Part shown: piece after piece, positions 63,167-64,000 of the stretch
How positions within the stretch are numbered: the first letter of the stretch is position 1
Layout of the letters: each line of letters begins with the position of its first letter
The notes under the pieces: model-generated
Told to the model about the DNA's origin: nothing
Database searches by the model: none
What the model saw: the letters and a program-made list of their open reading frames with translations, nothing else
Position numbers and translations under genes: made by a program
Assembly (NCBI RefSeq): GCF_963921235.1
Contig: NC_086108.1
Location: forward strand, 63,366,001-63,430,000
DNA: 64,000 nucleotides
Direction of reading: 5' to 3'
From: Mobula hypostoma
Lineage: Eukaryota

Positions 63167-63342
63167 GAAAACGCAACTGCATGGGAGAACCACTGGCTAG
63201 AATGCAATTGTTCCTTTTCTTCACTTCTTTAATGCAGAAGTTCAAATTTGTTTTTCCTGTGGGTGTCAAGCCAAGTTTTGAAGCTGTAATGTATGTATTA
63301 CATAGCCCTCAGCCATACAAGATATGCGCAGTTCCACGCTGA
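63167..63342 (+). CDS. cyp2j: CYP2 exon 9 (heme-ligand Cys codon at 63178-63180; stop TGA)
   Basis: tttgcag|(G)KRNCMGEPLARMQLFLFFTSLMQKFKFVFPVGVKPSFEAVMYVLHSPQPYKICAVPR then TGA. Confidence 0.95.
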
Positions 63343-63480
63343 ACCAAGGGAGCAGTAGTATCTATTGTATGACACAATACCTTGGCTCCTTGGACCAGCT
63401 TTCTATCTTTCCTCTTTGCAAAACTGAATCCTCTTTAATTCAAGATCACTAAGAAATCTCCCTTTTAAAATCAATGTTTC

Positions 63481-63486
63481 AATAAA
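63481..63486 (+). promoter_or_regulatory. Polyadenylation signal of the CYP gene
   Basis: AATAAA about 140 nt after the stop, with GT/T-rich sequence downstream. Confidence 0.65.
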
Positions 63487-63779
63487 TGTGTTATTCTAAT
63501 GCTTTGTGGAAACACGAGGAAAGGAAGCATTCAATTGTAAAGAAGATCAGAACATTCCCTCGATTTAACACTCCTGAAGTAACTAAGTATTTCTTTCTGG
63601 GTCAGCTCTTCCTGCTAATCAAGGCTAAGAACAACCATCTAACTTCTCTTTAGTCTCTCCCTCACATCTTTCCATCCAACAACTGTTCATTGACAGCATC
63701 ATCTGAAGGCATAAGTCAGTTTTCACGTAGAAGCCCATGACACATTACAATATCTCTAAATACTCATATCTTCTGTATG

Positions 63780-63905
63780 TCCTGATGAAGATGTTAGTCC
63801 ATTAACTCTTTATTCCTCTTCATAGATGCTGCCCGGCCTGCTGAGTTCCTTCAGCATTTTCTGTGTGTTACTCTAGATTTCCAGCATCTGCAGAATCTCT
63901 TGTAT
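63780..63905 (+). mobile_element. PLE-derived terminal fragment
   Basis: cctgatgaag followed by gatgctgcccggcctgctgagttcc...ttccagcatctgcag. Confidence 0.65.
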
Positions 63906-64000
63906 TTAGTTGTTCCTTCACTACTGTATAAGCAGAAATTTCACAATTTCACAAATCAGTCTTGCTACAAGTTCTTCAGCCAATGCCAATTCCACTTCCT

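Larger units (their letters stand above)
12009..63342 (+). other. cyp2j: Complete 9-exon cytochrome P450 family 2 gene, CYP2J-like; spliced CDS 1500 nt, 499 aa
   Basis: Exons of 204+163+150+167+177+136+185+142+176 nt join in one frame with intron phases 0,1,1,0,0,1,0,0. Motifs PPGP, WKEQR, AGSETT, EIQR, FNPEHFL, FSGGKRNCMG. Subfamily call rests on recalled sequence resemblance plus hook1 adjacency. Confidence 0.9.

Overview
Eukaryotic, AT-rich, transposon-dense vertebrate DNA; the repeat families suggest a cartilaginous fish, probably a ray or skate (inference). The window holds the last coding exon of a HOOK1-like gene (1693-1839, +). Downstream on the same strand is a complete 9-exon cytochrome P450 family 2 gene (CYP2J-like, 12009-63342). 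I spliced it by hand into an uninterrupted 1500-nt CDS (499 aa), all introns GT-AG, with canonical CYP2 phases. Introns and the intergenic region are filled with CR1 LINEs (two young families, one copy with an intact esterase ORF1), a 5'-truncated L1, Rex1/L2-type LINE remnants, Penelope-like elements (PLEs), a Charlie/Buster hAT transposon, Tc1/mariner MITEs, SINEs and a probable solo LTR, often nested. The most notable signal is an intact minimal type I hammerhead ribozyme motif (27132-27167) at the 3' end of a PLE, on the sense strand of CYP intron 3, with many decayed and palindromic relatives. Also notable: a mariner MITE with three terminal-repeat copies, substitutions at normally conserved CYP2 residues, and a 4-codon uORF ending one base before the CYP start. 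Family assignments come from motif recognition; no searches were run.
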